Assembly (NCBI GenBank): GCA_050012255.1
Contig: JBEKHN010000001.1
Span: forward strand, 32,001 to 96,000
Direction of reading: 5' to 3'
DNA from: Candidatus Bathyarchaeia archaeon
Lineage (GTDB): Archaea > Thermoproteota > Bathyarchaeia > Bathyarchaeales > Bathycorpusculaceae
Length of the DNA: 64,000 bases
A program made the translations under genes and the position numbers. This document shows, in pieces, positions 19,284-29,231 of this stretch (position 1 is its first letter; each line of letters opens with the position of its first letter). Below the pieces are notes generated by a model, which was not told the DNA's origin, did not search any database, and saw nothing but the letters and a program-made list of their open reading frames with translations.

Positions 19284-20138
19284 TCAGTGATGCTGAACGT
19301 GAGCATGCATCTGCATCAACCATTCGTACATTCTTCGAATTATGAATGTTGGAAGCATAAAAAATCTTTCTTTGCCATAGAACTTCTTCAGATAGTTTCT
19401 ATGGTTTCTGACCACGTAGTACTCGTACAGCGACCTTTTCTCCCCGACGTTTGACCACTGGCCCCCCCTTGTCAGACTTTTTTGGCAGTAGATTTTTGCT
19501 TTAGGCTGGTAATACAGTTTGTAACCTTTGCGCTTGAACCGTAACCAAAGGTCCGTTTCCTCCCGCCAGTAATTGCCAGTGTACGTTCGTTCATCAAACC
19601 CGCCGACATCCAGAAATGCGCTTTTCCGAATCATGGAGTAGCCATGCAAGATCGGGACTTCCACGACTTCTTTCGCTTCCACGTCGAAAGAGCCAGCTAC
19701 GTCGCCGCTCCATGGTTCGATGTGAGCATACGCTCCAGCATTTCCTACAGCGGAACTGTGCACGTTGAGAGTGTACACCAGCCTCGGCGCAACGGCTCCA
19801 AACGTCTTCGCGTCGACTCTGTCGAGAGCCGCGGCAAGCGCGCTCAGGCAATGCGAGTCGACTACGACGTCGTCGCCACTGAGAAAGACAAATTCTTCTC
19901 TTGCTTCGTTCACGCCCAGGTTCCATGCGAAAGGTGTTCCCCTGTGCGGAGTTCTCGTGTACCTGATCGTTCTGCCCACGTACGGTTCGACTGACTCTTT
20001 TGTTCTGTCAACAGAACCGTCGTCGACCACGATCACTTCGAAATCTTTGTGTGTCTGCGTCAAAAGTGAATCCAGAGTCCTCGTGACCAATGAGCATCGG
20101 TTGAAAGTCGGAATCACCACTGAAACGCGCAAATCCAC
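19284..20138 (-). CDS. Glycosyltransferase family 2
   Basis: VSVVIPTFNR, VVDDGS, GGFDE and EETDL motifs. Confidence 0.92.
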   Translation of the reverse strand: MDLRVSVVIPTFNRCSLVTRTLDSLLTQTHKDFEVIVVDDGSVDRTKESVEPYVGRTIRYTRTPHRGTPFAWNLGVNEAREEFVFLSGDDVVVDSHCLSALAAALDRVDAKTFGAVAPRLVYTLNVHSSAVGNAGAYAHIEPWSGDVAGSFDVEAKEVVEVPILHGYSMIRKSAFLDVGGFDERTYTGNYWREETDLWLRFKRKGYKLYYQPKAKIYCQKSLTRGGQWSNVGEKRSLYEYYVVRNHRNYLKKFYGKERFFMLPTFIIRRMYEWLMQMHAHVQHH

Positions 20139-20187
20139 TGTCCTCTGAGTGTGATTAGTGAGTTTACAGATATCTAAAGAAAATGGG

Positions 20188-20200
20188 AAAAATAAAAAAA
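20188..20200 (-). terminator. Oligo-T terminator after the S-layer-like gene
   Basis: TTTTTTTATTTTT about 14 nt past the stop codon. Confidence 0.55.
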
Positions 20201-20213
20201 GAGGTTTTAGGGT

Positions 20214-23200
20214 TTATGGATCAGGGTGTATCGGCAACTTCTCACTTATCGTGCCCAAGTGTTCAACGATGCTGAACGCTGGGTGCTTCGGGTCCGTGAA
20301 GTCCATCTTCAGAATGATGCCCGTGACGCCGCAGTTGACCTGTTGCAGATATCGTATTCCCGAGTAGTACCAATAGTATTCAGTGGTTCCGTCGTTCGCG
20401 TAGTACGTAGTCACCGGATTCCTTACCACGTCTCCTGCTAGCCACTGGCAAGCGTAGAAGGTGTCTCTTCCCCACACGCCCCACACGTTGAAGATCTCCG
20501 TTCCGTTGATATCCAAGTATGTGCTGATTACTGCATAGCCCGTCGTGTTGCTTGAGAAGTAGGCGTTCTTGCTCCAGCATGTTAGAGCATCGACGGCTCC
20601 GTTCCATGGGCCGTAGGGTGTGTACCATGAAATTCCGTAGAGTGCAGGTTCGTAATCGTTGGTGTAGTATGTCAGCATGTTTGCCAATGGGCCACCGACC
20701 GAGATCAGGTTTGACGTACTAACTGGCCAATACGTGCACCAGTCGTCCGATAAGCCTGTTCTGTTCCCTGGTACCGTCGTGTCGCCGCTCATGTAATAGT
20801 CTGCCCAAGAGCTGCCTGACCCAGACTTGCTCATGATGTTCGGTGCGCTCTGCACGCCGCTTTCAGTGAATATCATGTCCAGTCCCGCGTTTCCTACCTC
20901 CACCTGCTTGTCCTTGAAGGCCGCTGTAACTAGGGATGTGCCGATCGAATCGATGGGCTTTGAGTCTCTTCCGACAGTCGCCCACTCGTAGCGTCCGCCT
21001 ATTTCTTCGTTGTACAGATAGTACTGGGAGTTCGTAATCTCCACGTACCATGTCATGTTGTAGTGTGTTCCGTTCGAAACCGCAGCTGCGTAAACGTGTA
21101 TCTGTGGGTCGAAATAGTGAACGTGGACCGTGTCATTACCGTAGGGTTCGGACACGCTGTAGGTTATTGGGTCGGTGATTGTTGCTGTCAAGTTGAAATT
21201 AGCACTGGCTGAATTGTTCATAGTTGCAGGGAAGTTTTCGTAGTTTGTCAGAATTGCCGTGTTCTCAAAGAACACTTTGAATTCGTTGTAGTAACTCGAT
21301 GGGGTGAACCATATGTTGGCAGCCTCAGGGGTGCTGAATGAGTTCGTTGTCTTGTTCTGGAAACTCACTGCGAGATTATGTAAGTCAGCCGCCCATTTCA
21401 CTCCAAGCGTGTCGGTGATGTAGCCGTATTCTTCTTTAGAAAAGAGCGATATCGGGCTACCGGTTAGCGCTTGGTTAGTCACTGAGTTGATGTCAAGCAA
21501 AATGTAGCTGCCAAGCCAGTAGTCGTTGGTCGAATACAGTACTTTGTAGTGCAGACTTGCGTTGAGGCCCGAGATGGTGGCGATCCCAGTGTATGAGTCA
21601 ACAGAGAAACTGTAGTCTTTCAGGCTGCCATGCACGGGGTCAAGTGCGTATCTGTGCAGCAGTTTACCTGTCTCTAGGCACTCGACTCTCTCAGTGAACT
21701 CTGCGTACTGGTCCCAATAGTTGTCGTCAACCTTAACGACTGGCGTGTGTTTCAACGCGTAGGACGTGTATCCATAGAGGAATTCGACCCAGCTTCTTGT
21801 GTCCTTCTTCTCAACTGCAGACACTAGGTCCCACGGGTTGAACACTTCGTTCAGTTGGAAGAGAGCTTCTCTGTCTGGAGTATTATGGTGGGTTCCACCC
21901 AATAATGCGGCCATTTCCGTATCGTCTGCATCGTGATGGTCCACTAGGCCGATGACTGATACGCCTCTGAACTGTTTCCCGTAGCCCTGAGCCGTAGTGT
22001 AGTCCAGCATGAAATCCCATTGTCCAATGATGAACGGTATGTCCGGTTCCTTAGATGCGGGCACCATGTCAGGGTCGCTTGTGTTGTAAATCGGAAGCAA
22101 CGCAGTAGTCCATCCGTCTGGTGTGTAGTCGCTCAAGATGGGCCAGAAGGCTTCAAAGCCTACGCTCGAGTTGTCTCTTGCTATCACTTGCGCTAGGTCA
22201 TATCTTCCAGGTGTAGTGTAGGATACTGTGTAGGCGTCGTTATATTCGTTCGGTTTTCTGTAGAGTTTGAAGTAGATTTCAACGCCTGAGCCAGTCGCTG
22301 GCACGGTGAGCCACGTTAGCTGGCCCGTGTTGTAGTCTAGCGTGTAGTTCTTTCCGTTCTTTTGCCACAGACCGTTCACGTAGACGAATTCGGAGAATGA
22401 AACCACTGGCGGACCATACCACGGATGACCACCGATGTCGTTCACCAGGTTCAGACCTGTGTAGGCGCTGTTCCAAGAAGTGTTCGAGTATACGTATTCT
22501 CTTGTGATGTTCAGGGCAAGCGTGTAGTCTACATCATATGGCGTTGTGAGCAATGGAGTGTCATGCCAGAAGTGTACGTAGCTCTTCCAGTCTGGTGAAG
22601 GCCCAAGGTCCCATTCACCGCGGTTGCTGAACATCACGTCTACGGGTCCACTTAAGATTTTTTCGTCCATCGTCAATTTGATGTCTTTGAGCACAGTGAC
22701 TTCTTTCTTGTCTTTCTCGAAGATTATGGTGAATACGACGTCAAGTACTCTCCAGCTCGTTCCCAATGTTGTGTCATTGAGGTGCGTTGTCAACTGTGCA
22801 ACAAATTCTCTAGGTCCATTGTAGAGCACTATTATGGGATCGGTTGTTGCAATTCCACTGGTTTTTCGCCCTCCGTACGGCGCACCGTACGGATTAGTCG
22901 CCATGTTAACCCAGTCTCCTCCGGTCTGTATCAAGTCGGAGAATTCTGCGAACGCCCATAGGTTCCGTCCACCGTAGACTCTGTGAACATAACGCGCGTT
23001 TAGTTCCCATCCTTGAACCCAGTATTGCTGTAGAACGCCTTCGTTGGCGAATGGATCTTTGCCAGAATAGTTCATGCCATTGCCAGTGTATGGGTTTGTC
23101 ATCTCGCCGTATTTGGAGAAACCTATAGTCATGTTACTGTTCGTATATGGATAGAGCAAGTAGGTGTCGGTGTTAAGCACTCCTTGAACTTGTAAGTAGT

Positions 23201-23300
23201 CGCTAGAAGTGTCTCCTTTAACATTGAGTATGAACGCTGCTCCTAAGAGAGATGTTACGATCATCGCAGATACTAGAAGTCCGATCAAATACTTTTTCAT
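20214..23300 (-). CDS. Probable S-layer glycoprotein
   Basis: Sec signal MKKYLIGLLV...; C-terminal NLISVGGPLAN resembles the archaeal S-layer NLILVGGPxAN motif; many NxS/T sequons; strong TAC/AAC codon preference. Confidence 0.7.
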   Translation of the reverse strand: MKKYLIGLLVSAMIVTSLLGAAFILNVKGDTSSDYLQVQGVLNTDTYLLYPYTNSNMTIGFSKYGEMTNPYTGNGMNYSGKDPFANEGVLQQYWVQGWELNARYVHRVYGGRNLWAFAEFSDLIQTGGDWVNMATNPYGAPYGGRKTSGIATTDPIIVLYNGPREFVAQLTTHLNDTTLGTSWRVLDVVFTIIFEKDKKEVTVLKDIKLTMDEKILSGPVDVMFSNRGEWDLGPSPDWKSYVHFWHDTPLLTTPYDVDYTLALNITREYVYSNTSWNSAYTGLNLVNDIGGHPWYGPPVVSFSEFVYVNGLWQKNGKNYTLDYNTGQLTWLTVPATGSGVEIYFKLYRKPNEYNDAYTVSYTTPGRYDLAQVIARDNSSVGFEAFWPILSDYTPDGWTTALLPIYNTSDPDMVPASKEPDIPFIIGQWDFMLDYTTAQGYGKQFRGVSVIGLVDHHDADDTEMAALLGGTHHNTPDREALFQLNEVFNPWDLVSAVEKKDTRSWVEFLYGYTSYALKHTPVVKVDDNYWDQYAEFTERVECLETGKLLHRYALDPVHGSLKDYSFSVDSYTGIATISGLNASLHYKVLYSTNDYWLGSYILLDINSVTNQALTGSPISLFSKEEYGYITDTLGVKWAADLHNLAVSFQNKTTNSFSTPEAANIWFTPSSYYNEFKVFFENTAILTNYENFPATMNNSASANFNLTATITDPITYSVSEPYGNDTVHVHYFDPQIHVYAAAVSNGTHYNMTWYVEITNSQYYLYNEEIGGRYEWATVGRDSKPIDSIGTSLVTAAFKDKQVEVGNAGLDMIFTESGVQSAPNIMSKSGSGSSWADYYMSGDTTVPGNRTGLSDDWCTYWPVSTSNLISVGGPLANMLTYYTNDYEPALYGISWYTPYGPWNGAVDALTCWSKNAYFSSNTTGYAVISTYLDINGTEIFNVWGVWGRDTFYACQWLAGDVVRNPVTTYYANDGTTEYYWYYSGIRYLQQVNCGVTGIILKMDFTDPKHPAFSIVEHLGTISEKLPIHPDP

Positions 23301-23568
23301 TTTTCTTTCCTCATTTAAATTGTTCTTTCTATAGTTTGTAATCATTCGATTTAAAAGGTTTTCCATCCAAGAAAAGGGGAACAGAGAGAAGCAAAATTCA
23401 AAAATTCACGGTGTTTTGAAACACAAAGAGGAATATTAGGATTTTTCTCAAGACGTGCCGAGAAGCTGAGCTTACCGCCAAGACTGCACAACAAAGTTGA
23501 GCTGAAGTATTACCCAGGATACCCACCGACAACGACACATTGCGAAAAAGAGCGTGACAGCCTGAGTC

Positions 23569-24342
23569 TCACAGGACACCGCTGAAGAGGTCTTCGCTAC
23601 GAGAGATGCTCAACTCACTTGCGGCGCACTTGTCGCAGAACTCAACAGGACCGCTCATGCCCCTCAAAACGACAACGGGCCTAGCTTCCTTCCCTTGTCC
23701 CATGAGCAACTCCGCCGCAGCAGCAACCTCATCCAACACAGCAACATTCTTAACCTTCAAAACCTGACCGAACAAGTCACGCGTCCCGCGATAATCCCTG
23801 AACGGGTTGATTCCAGCAGCTCCTATCGCAAAGTTCACCTGCCCACGCCTGAAAGGACGACTAAAAGTGTCGCAAACGACGACGGCCACGTTCACGCCTG
23901 TCAGTTTCTTCATCTCCGAGCGGCACTCTTTCGCGGACTCATCAGGGTTCTCGGGCAACAACGCAAAGTTTCCCGTCCCCTCAACGTTCGACTTGTCTAT
24001 TCCAGCGTTTATACATATCAAACCGCGCTTGTCCTCGACCAGCAGCACTTCATGAGAAGCCTTGAGCACGTTCGCAGCCTCCCTCAAAACAAGCTCCACG
24101 AACCTCGGACTCTTCCCGGTCGTCTTGGCAAGCTCTTGGGCTCTTCTTGAAGGAACAACTTCTCTTAGTCTGGACAAACGATTTTCAGCCTTCGAGAAGA
24201 CCTTCTGCGCAACAACGATCACGTCGCCTTCCTGAACCCTAAAACCGTTCTTTTCACAAGTCTCAACGATGATTCTTGCAACATTGTCTCCTGGCTTCAC
24301 AAGCGGAAAATCTTCCAGAGCGAACGCAGTGAAACTTCTCAA
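23569..24342 (-). CDS. cofE: Coenzyme F420-0:L-glutamate ligase
   Basis: KVFSKAE, NAGIDKSN, LLPENPD, DTFSRPFRRG, DYRG and LLMGQ motifs; start at TTG with a GGAGG SD. Confidence 0.93.
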   Translation of the reverse strand: MRSFTAFALEDFPLVKPGDNVARIIVETCEKNGFRVQEGDVIVVAQKVFSKAENRLSRLREVVPSRRAQELAKTTGKSPRFVELVLREAANVLKASHEVLLVEDKRGLICINAGIDKSNVEGTGNFALLPENPDESAKECRSEMKKLTGVNVAVVVCDTFSRPFRRGQVNFAIGAAGINPFRDYRGTRDLFGQVLKVKNVAVLDEVAAAAELLMGQGKEARPVVVLRGMSGPVEFCDKCAASELSISRSEDLFSGVL

Positions 24343-24524
24343 GCGGCCTCCCCTCAACTGTGGATTAGGTTGTTCTTGCACTTCGTTAAATCTCTTGCCC
24401 AACCAGGCACAACCAGAAAACCATGTAGCTCAAGATTCTAAAGTTTTATCCTGAATTCATAACGCTTAAGCCAATTCGGACAAGAGGAATAGCACAAGCT
24501 CGACTACAAAGTGGATGCTTCCCC

Positions 24525-27500
24525 ATGAAAAAACAGTTCACGTTAATACTATTCCTATTCACCATAGTATTTGGTTCTCTCAACATCGTGTACAAAACCC
24601 TGCCCACCGTCAAGGCGACATACGTTGAAGGCGTGATCACCCAAGACACCATATGGACCTTGGTGGACAGCCCGATCGTTCTTTCTAACAACGTGACCGT
24701 TAACCCGGGTGCAACACTCACGATCGAGCCTGGCGTTGAGGTCAGGTTTGGAGGGGACTTTTCGCTGATAGTGAACGGAAGAATCTTGGCAAACGGAACA
24801 AAAGAGCGGAACATTCATTTCACAACCAACGACCCGTCCAGCACTGTCGCTTGGGAGACAATCGAAATCAATGGAACACAATCGTCATTGTTCTTGAACT
24901 GTATCATGGAATACGGAAGAAACGGGATAACAATGGATAACGGTTCCCTAGACGTTCAAAACAGTGCGATACGCTCGAACTCTGAGAACGGAATCACGTT
25001 GAATGGAGGTACTCTAACCATCCGGAATAGCGAGATAGCTAACAACAGCGCAAGCGCCATCAACGTAGCCGGTGGGGACCTTGTTTCAATAGAAAACGAC
25101 ATCATAGATTCAAACGGAAACGGCGTCCTCATAGCCGCCGTTGACCAAGTGGACGTGCACAACAACGTCATCGCATCAAACGGAAACGGTTTGCTCATAA
25201 CTGGTCAATTAAACGGAACAATGGACATCAGACAAAACGATATCTCTTCCAGCAAACAAAACGGAATACTCTTAGAAGCGAACACCCTCGGCAACACGGT
25301 CATAACTGAGAACAACGTCACATCAAACAACTGTGGGCTTCTTATCTCAGCCAACGTGAGCACGTACGTCACCCGCAACTACATTTCAAACAACACCGTC
25401 GGGATACAATACGATGGCTTCGCAAGTCATCAAGTCTACTTCAACGACATATACGAGAACGGCCAAGGCGTCGAACTAGCCCCCTCATACGCCGGCACCG
25501 TTAACGCAGCACACAACTACTGGGGCCAGAAGACTGGCCCGAAACATGACTCGTTGAACCCGTATGGAAAAGGAAACAGCGTCGGAGGCGACGGCACAAA
25601 CCTCGTTTTCATACCGTTCTTAACGCACCCATTTGCATACAACAACTTGCCTCCAACGGCAGTTCTCTGGACAGACAAGCTCCTAGTGGCACCGGGTCAA
25701 GCCGTCATGCTCGTGGGAACAGACTCACAGGATGATGGAAGCGTTTACCAATACTTTTTCGACTTCAATGACACTGGAAACAGCGGTTGGACGACACTGT
25801 CACTTTTCAATCACAGCTACTCTTCAACCGGAACCTACGTCGCGAGCCTGACCGTAGAGGACGATTTCGGAAGCAGGAGCGCCCCTGCTTTCACGACGGT
25901 AACCGTCGCAAACCTTCCTCAGCTGGGAGCATCAGTCACTCTGAGCAATTCTACTGTTGCCTACAACGGACAGACATCGGTTACGGTTTATGTGTCAGCC
26001 GGAGGCAGCGGAGCTGCTAACGCCAACGTCACACTGCTCTCCGTAAGGGGCGGAGTATTCTCACCCCAGTCAGGGGTCACGGACGCTAATGGGTACTTCA
26101 CAGCGAACTTTACAGCACCAAATATCACGGAGACAACGGATGTAAGAATAATCGCAAGAGCCTCAATGAACGGGTACACAGACGGTTCCGACTACAAGTA
26201 CATCAGAGTTCTTCCACCCCTCAGAGTTCAGGTGATCCCCGTACCTTCGACGATAATGTCTGAAGAAACGACAGCATTGACTGTTTACGTGACAGATCCC
26301 TCTGGACAACCCGTGACCGGGGCTAACCTCGCATTATCGTGCAGCAGCGGCACACTTTCAGCTAATGCTGGAGCAACAGGCTCAAACGGTTCAGCAGCAT
26401 TTACACTAACGGCCCCGCAGACACTGAGTCAAGTCAACGTCACCGTGACAGCCACAGCCAGTAAACTGCAATACGCTGACGGACAGGGACAAGTAACCGT
26501 AAGCGTTGAACCTCGAAGACTCGTCTTGAAAGTGACCTCCAGCCCCGACGTAATTCTTTCGGAAGAAACAGCAATCATAACTGCGCAGGTGACTCTTGAC
26601 TCGAACCCGGTTGCGAATGCAACGGTCACTGTGACCTCAGACGCTGGCGGAAACTTCTCGACGACAACGCAGCTAACAGACGCAACAGGCATCTCAGGAT
26701 TTGCCTTCACAGCCCCTCAAACTTCATCGAGCGACGGACTCAACGTCACTATAACTGCGACAGCAGCCAAGAGCGGATACGTAGACGCTGAGAGTCAAAC
26801 GGTAGTCGCCGTAAGGCCCAAGGTTCTTTCAGTCAACATCATTTCAGATTCATCCATCATCTATTCCGAAGGGAAATCAAACGTCGTGGTTCACGTGGGA
26901 TACGGAAACACTCCGATTCAAGGGGCAAACGTCACGATCACGACAGCCAACGGAAGCTTCACCCAGACGACAGGAGTGACAGACGGCTTTGGCAACGTGA
27001 CATTCGCCTTCACTGCACCCCTAGTTAATGCAGCCACGAATCTCACGTTTTCAGCAACAGCTTCAAAAACGGGATACCTTGACAACGCAGGTCAGCTGAA
27101 CATCACAGTGAACCCTAGGACGTTTGGCTTTCAGACAACCCCAGTGACACTCAGGTCAGGCCAAACAGAAACGGTGTCGATACACGTGACATGCAAGGAA
27201 GACGGCACATCAGTGGCCGGTGCAACAGTCACGATGTCATACGGCTACGGAGGCCCACTGACAAACGTCACAGACTCAACTGGAACTTGCACATTCATCA
27301 TAAACGCTCCACAAGCCCCAGTAGACACGCTGAACATAACGGTTACGTTAGCAAAAAGCGGATATCAGCAGAGACAGTCAAACGTGACATTGATCGTTGC
27401 TCCTGAAGAACAAGGCTTCCCGTTGTTAACAGTGCTTCTCGTTGCGATTCCAATAGTTGCTGCGGTCCTAGTCCTTGTCCTGATCAAGATGAAGCTCATC

Positions 27501-27536
27501 GTTGTTTCAACCAAGGAAGAGACGGAAGGGCAGTAA
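24525..27536 (+). CDS. Large membrane-anchored surface adhesin (beta-helix + PKD + Ig/invasin-like repeats)
   Basis: Signal peptide; Asn-rich beta-helix ending NYWG; PKD motif (HSYSSTGTYVASLTVEDD); five TDxxG/FTAP-like Big-1 repeats; C-terminal TM. Confidence 0.85.
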   Translation: MKKQFTLILFLFTIVFGSLNIVYKTLPTVKATYVEGVITQDTIWTLVDSPIVLSNNVTVNPGATLTIEPGVEVRFGGDFSLIVNGRILANGTKERNIHFTTNDPSSTVAWETIEINGTQSSLFLNCIMEYGRNGITMDNGSLDVQNSAIRSNSENGITLNGGTLTIRNSEIANNSASAINVAGGDLVSIENDIIDSNGNGVLIAAVDQVDVHNNVIASNGNGLLITGQLNGTMDIRQNDISSSKQNGILLEANTLGNTVITENNVTSNNCGLLISANVSTYVTRNYISNNTVGIQYDGFASHQVYFNDIYENGQGVELAPSYAGTVNAAHNYWGQKTGPKHDSLNPYGKGNSVGGDGTNLVFIPFLTHPFAYNNLPPTAVLWTDKLLVAPGQAVMLVGTDSQDDGSVYQYFFDFNDTGNSGWTTLSLFNHSYSSTGTYVASLTVEDDFGSRSAPAFTTVTVANLPQLGASVTLSNSTVAYNGQTSVTVYVSAGGSGAANANVTLLSVRGGVFSPQSGVTDANGYFTANFTAPNITETTDVRIIARASMNGYTDGSDYKYIRVLPPLRVQVIPVPSTIMSEETTALTVYVTDPSGQPVTGANLALSCSSGTLSANAGATGSNGSAAFTLTAPQTLSQVNVTVTATASKLQYADGQGQVTVSVEPRRLVLKVTSSPDVILSEETAIITAQVTLDSNPVANATVTVTSDAGGNFSTTTQLTDATGISGFAFTAPQTSSSDGLNVTITATAAKSGYVDAESQTVVAVRPKVLSVNIISDSSIIYSEGKSNVVVHVGYGNTPIQGANVTITTANGSFTQTTGVTDGFGNVTFAFTAPLVNAATNLTFSATASKTGYLDNAGQLNITVNPRTFGFQTTPVTLRSGQTETVSIHVTCKEDGTSVAGATVTMSYGYGGPLTNVTDSTGTCTFIINAPQAPVDTLNITVTLAKSGYQQRQSNVTLIVAPEEQGFPLLTVLLVAIPIVAAVLVLVLIKMKLIVVSTKEETEGQ

Positions 27537-27602
27537 GGTCTCGTGAGACGTAATATTTAATAGACCGTCCACATATGAACAGTATAGAACAGGAGAACAA
27601 CA

Positions 27603-29231
27603 ATGACACAGTTGCGGCTCAAAGGGAAACTGGCAAAGCTGAAGACAGTGCAGATCAAACTCAACTTTAAAAAGCGCCAGGCGGCAACCCTCCCTCCTCC
27701 AACGCCTAAACCAGTGCCCAGAGGGCACAAGGTCGTGGAAAAATACCCGCTCTACGAACCTTTCGCCCACGTGGCCATCGCACAAAACCCAAAAACCGGG
27801 GAGCACAAGTACATTCTAGACGAGTTGCAGCTCGATCCGCTGGAGAGAAGCGTCTACAACCGCATCCTAGAAATACTCCTCGCAGAGATCGAGTCCCCAA
27901 AAGAAGAAATTCTAGACCCCAGAAGATTCTTTGCAGACGAGGCAAAGAAGATCGTTGACAAATACCGCATAAGCCTCGGCTGGTTGCCCGACGTGTCGTG
28001 GTACAAGATTCTCTACCACGCGGAAAGAGACCTTGTAGGGTTCGGTCAGATCGACCCGTTGATGCGAGACCCGAACATTGAAGATATTTCATGTGACGGT
28101 GTGAACAAATCCGTCTACATTTGGCACCGAACGTATGAGAGCATCGAAACGAACATCGCGTTTCAGACGGACGAAGAACTTGACAACATTGTTGTTAAGC
28201 TCGTGCACATGGCTGGAAAACACGTGAGCTCAGCCTTCCCGATCGTCGATGCCTCGCTGCCTGGTAAGCACAGGCTTTCGGTGTGCTACAGACGCGAAGT
28301 CACGCCTTTCGGCACCGCTTTCACCATAAGGAAGTTCAGAGAAGACCCATATTCAATCATAGACCTCATAAACATAGGCACTTTCTCGGAGGAGATGGCC
28401 GCCTACCTCTGGCAATGCCTTGAACACAGAGCCTCCATCATGGTTCTAGGTGGAACAGCAGCAGGAAAAACAACAGCTCTAAACGCTCTGGCCTGCCTGA
28501 TCAAGCCTGGAAGCAAAGTCATAACAATAGAAGAAACAGCTGAGCTTAATCTGCCTCACGAAAACTGGGTTTCACTAATCGCCAGACAAAGCTATGGCCT
28601 GGGCGGAGACAGCACGGGAGAAGTTGCACTTTTCGACTTGGTGAAAACTTCGATGAGGCACCGTCCAGACATACTCATAGTGGGAGAGGTGAGAGGACAA
28701 GAAGCTTACGTGCTCTTCCAAGCCTTGGCCACGGGCCACGGTGGAATGTGCACCATGCACGCTGAAAACCTGGATTCAGCGATTAAACGACTGACTTCTA
28801 AACCCATGGACATCTCTCCAGCATACATTCCGTTGATGAACATAGTGCTGTCGGTTCAAAGAGTCCACCTGATCAAGAACACCGAGCGAAAAGCGTACAG
28901 GCGTATACTGAACGTCAACGAGATCGCGGACTACGAGGACTACAGGACAGTGTTCAAATGGTACCCGAACAAGGACGAACACATACAAGCATTTGACAAG
29001 AGCGTGATGCTTGCAGGGATCTCCGAGCGAATGGGCATGAGCAAGAAAGACCTCATCGCAGAAATTGAGAAACGCAGAGTCGTACTCCACTGGATGCGAG
29101 AACACGACATCAGAAGCTACAAGGACGTGGCCGCAATAATAGCAGAGTATTCTGCCAAGCCAAAGCAGATCTATGAGAAGGTTCTCGCAGGGGAGGAGGT
29201 TAAGGCAGTTGCCGTTTCTAGATACCCTTGA
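27603..29231 (+). CDS. Type IV pilus assembly ATPase (VirB11/ArlI family)
   Basis: GGTAAGKTT, TIRKF, IEETAEL, RHRPD...VGEVRG and TGH...TMHA motifs. Confidence 0.96.
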   Translation: MTQLRLKGKLAKLKTVQIKLNFKKRQAATLPPPTPKPVPRGHKVVEKYPLYEPFAHVAIAQNPKTGEHKYILDELQLDPLERSVYNRILEILLAEIESPKEEILDPRRFFADEAKKIVDKYRISLGWLPDVSWYKILYHAERDLVGFGQIDPLMRDPNIEDISCDGVNKSVYIWHRTYESIETNIAFQTDEELDNIVVKLVHMAGKHVSSAFPIVDASLPGKHRLSVCYRREVTPFGTAFTIRKFREDPYSIIDLINIGTFSEEMAAYLWQCLEHRASIMVLGGTAAGKTTALNALACLIKPGSKVITIEETAELNLPHENWVSLIARQSYGLGGDSTGEVALFDLVKTSMRHRPDILIVGEVRGQEAYVLFQALATGHGGMCTMHAENLDSAIKRLTSKPMDISPAYIPLMNIVLSVQRVHLIKNTERKAYRRILNVNEIADYEDYRTVFKWYPNKDEHIQAFDKSVMLAGISERMGMSKKDLIAEIEKRRVVLHWMREHDIRSYKDVAAIIAEYSAKPKQIYEKVLAGEEVKAVAVSRYP

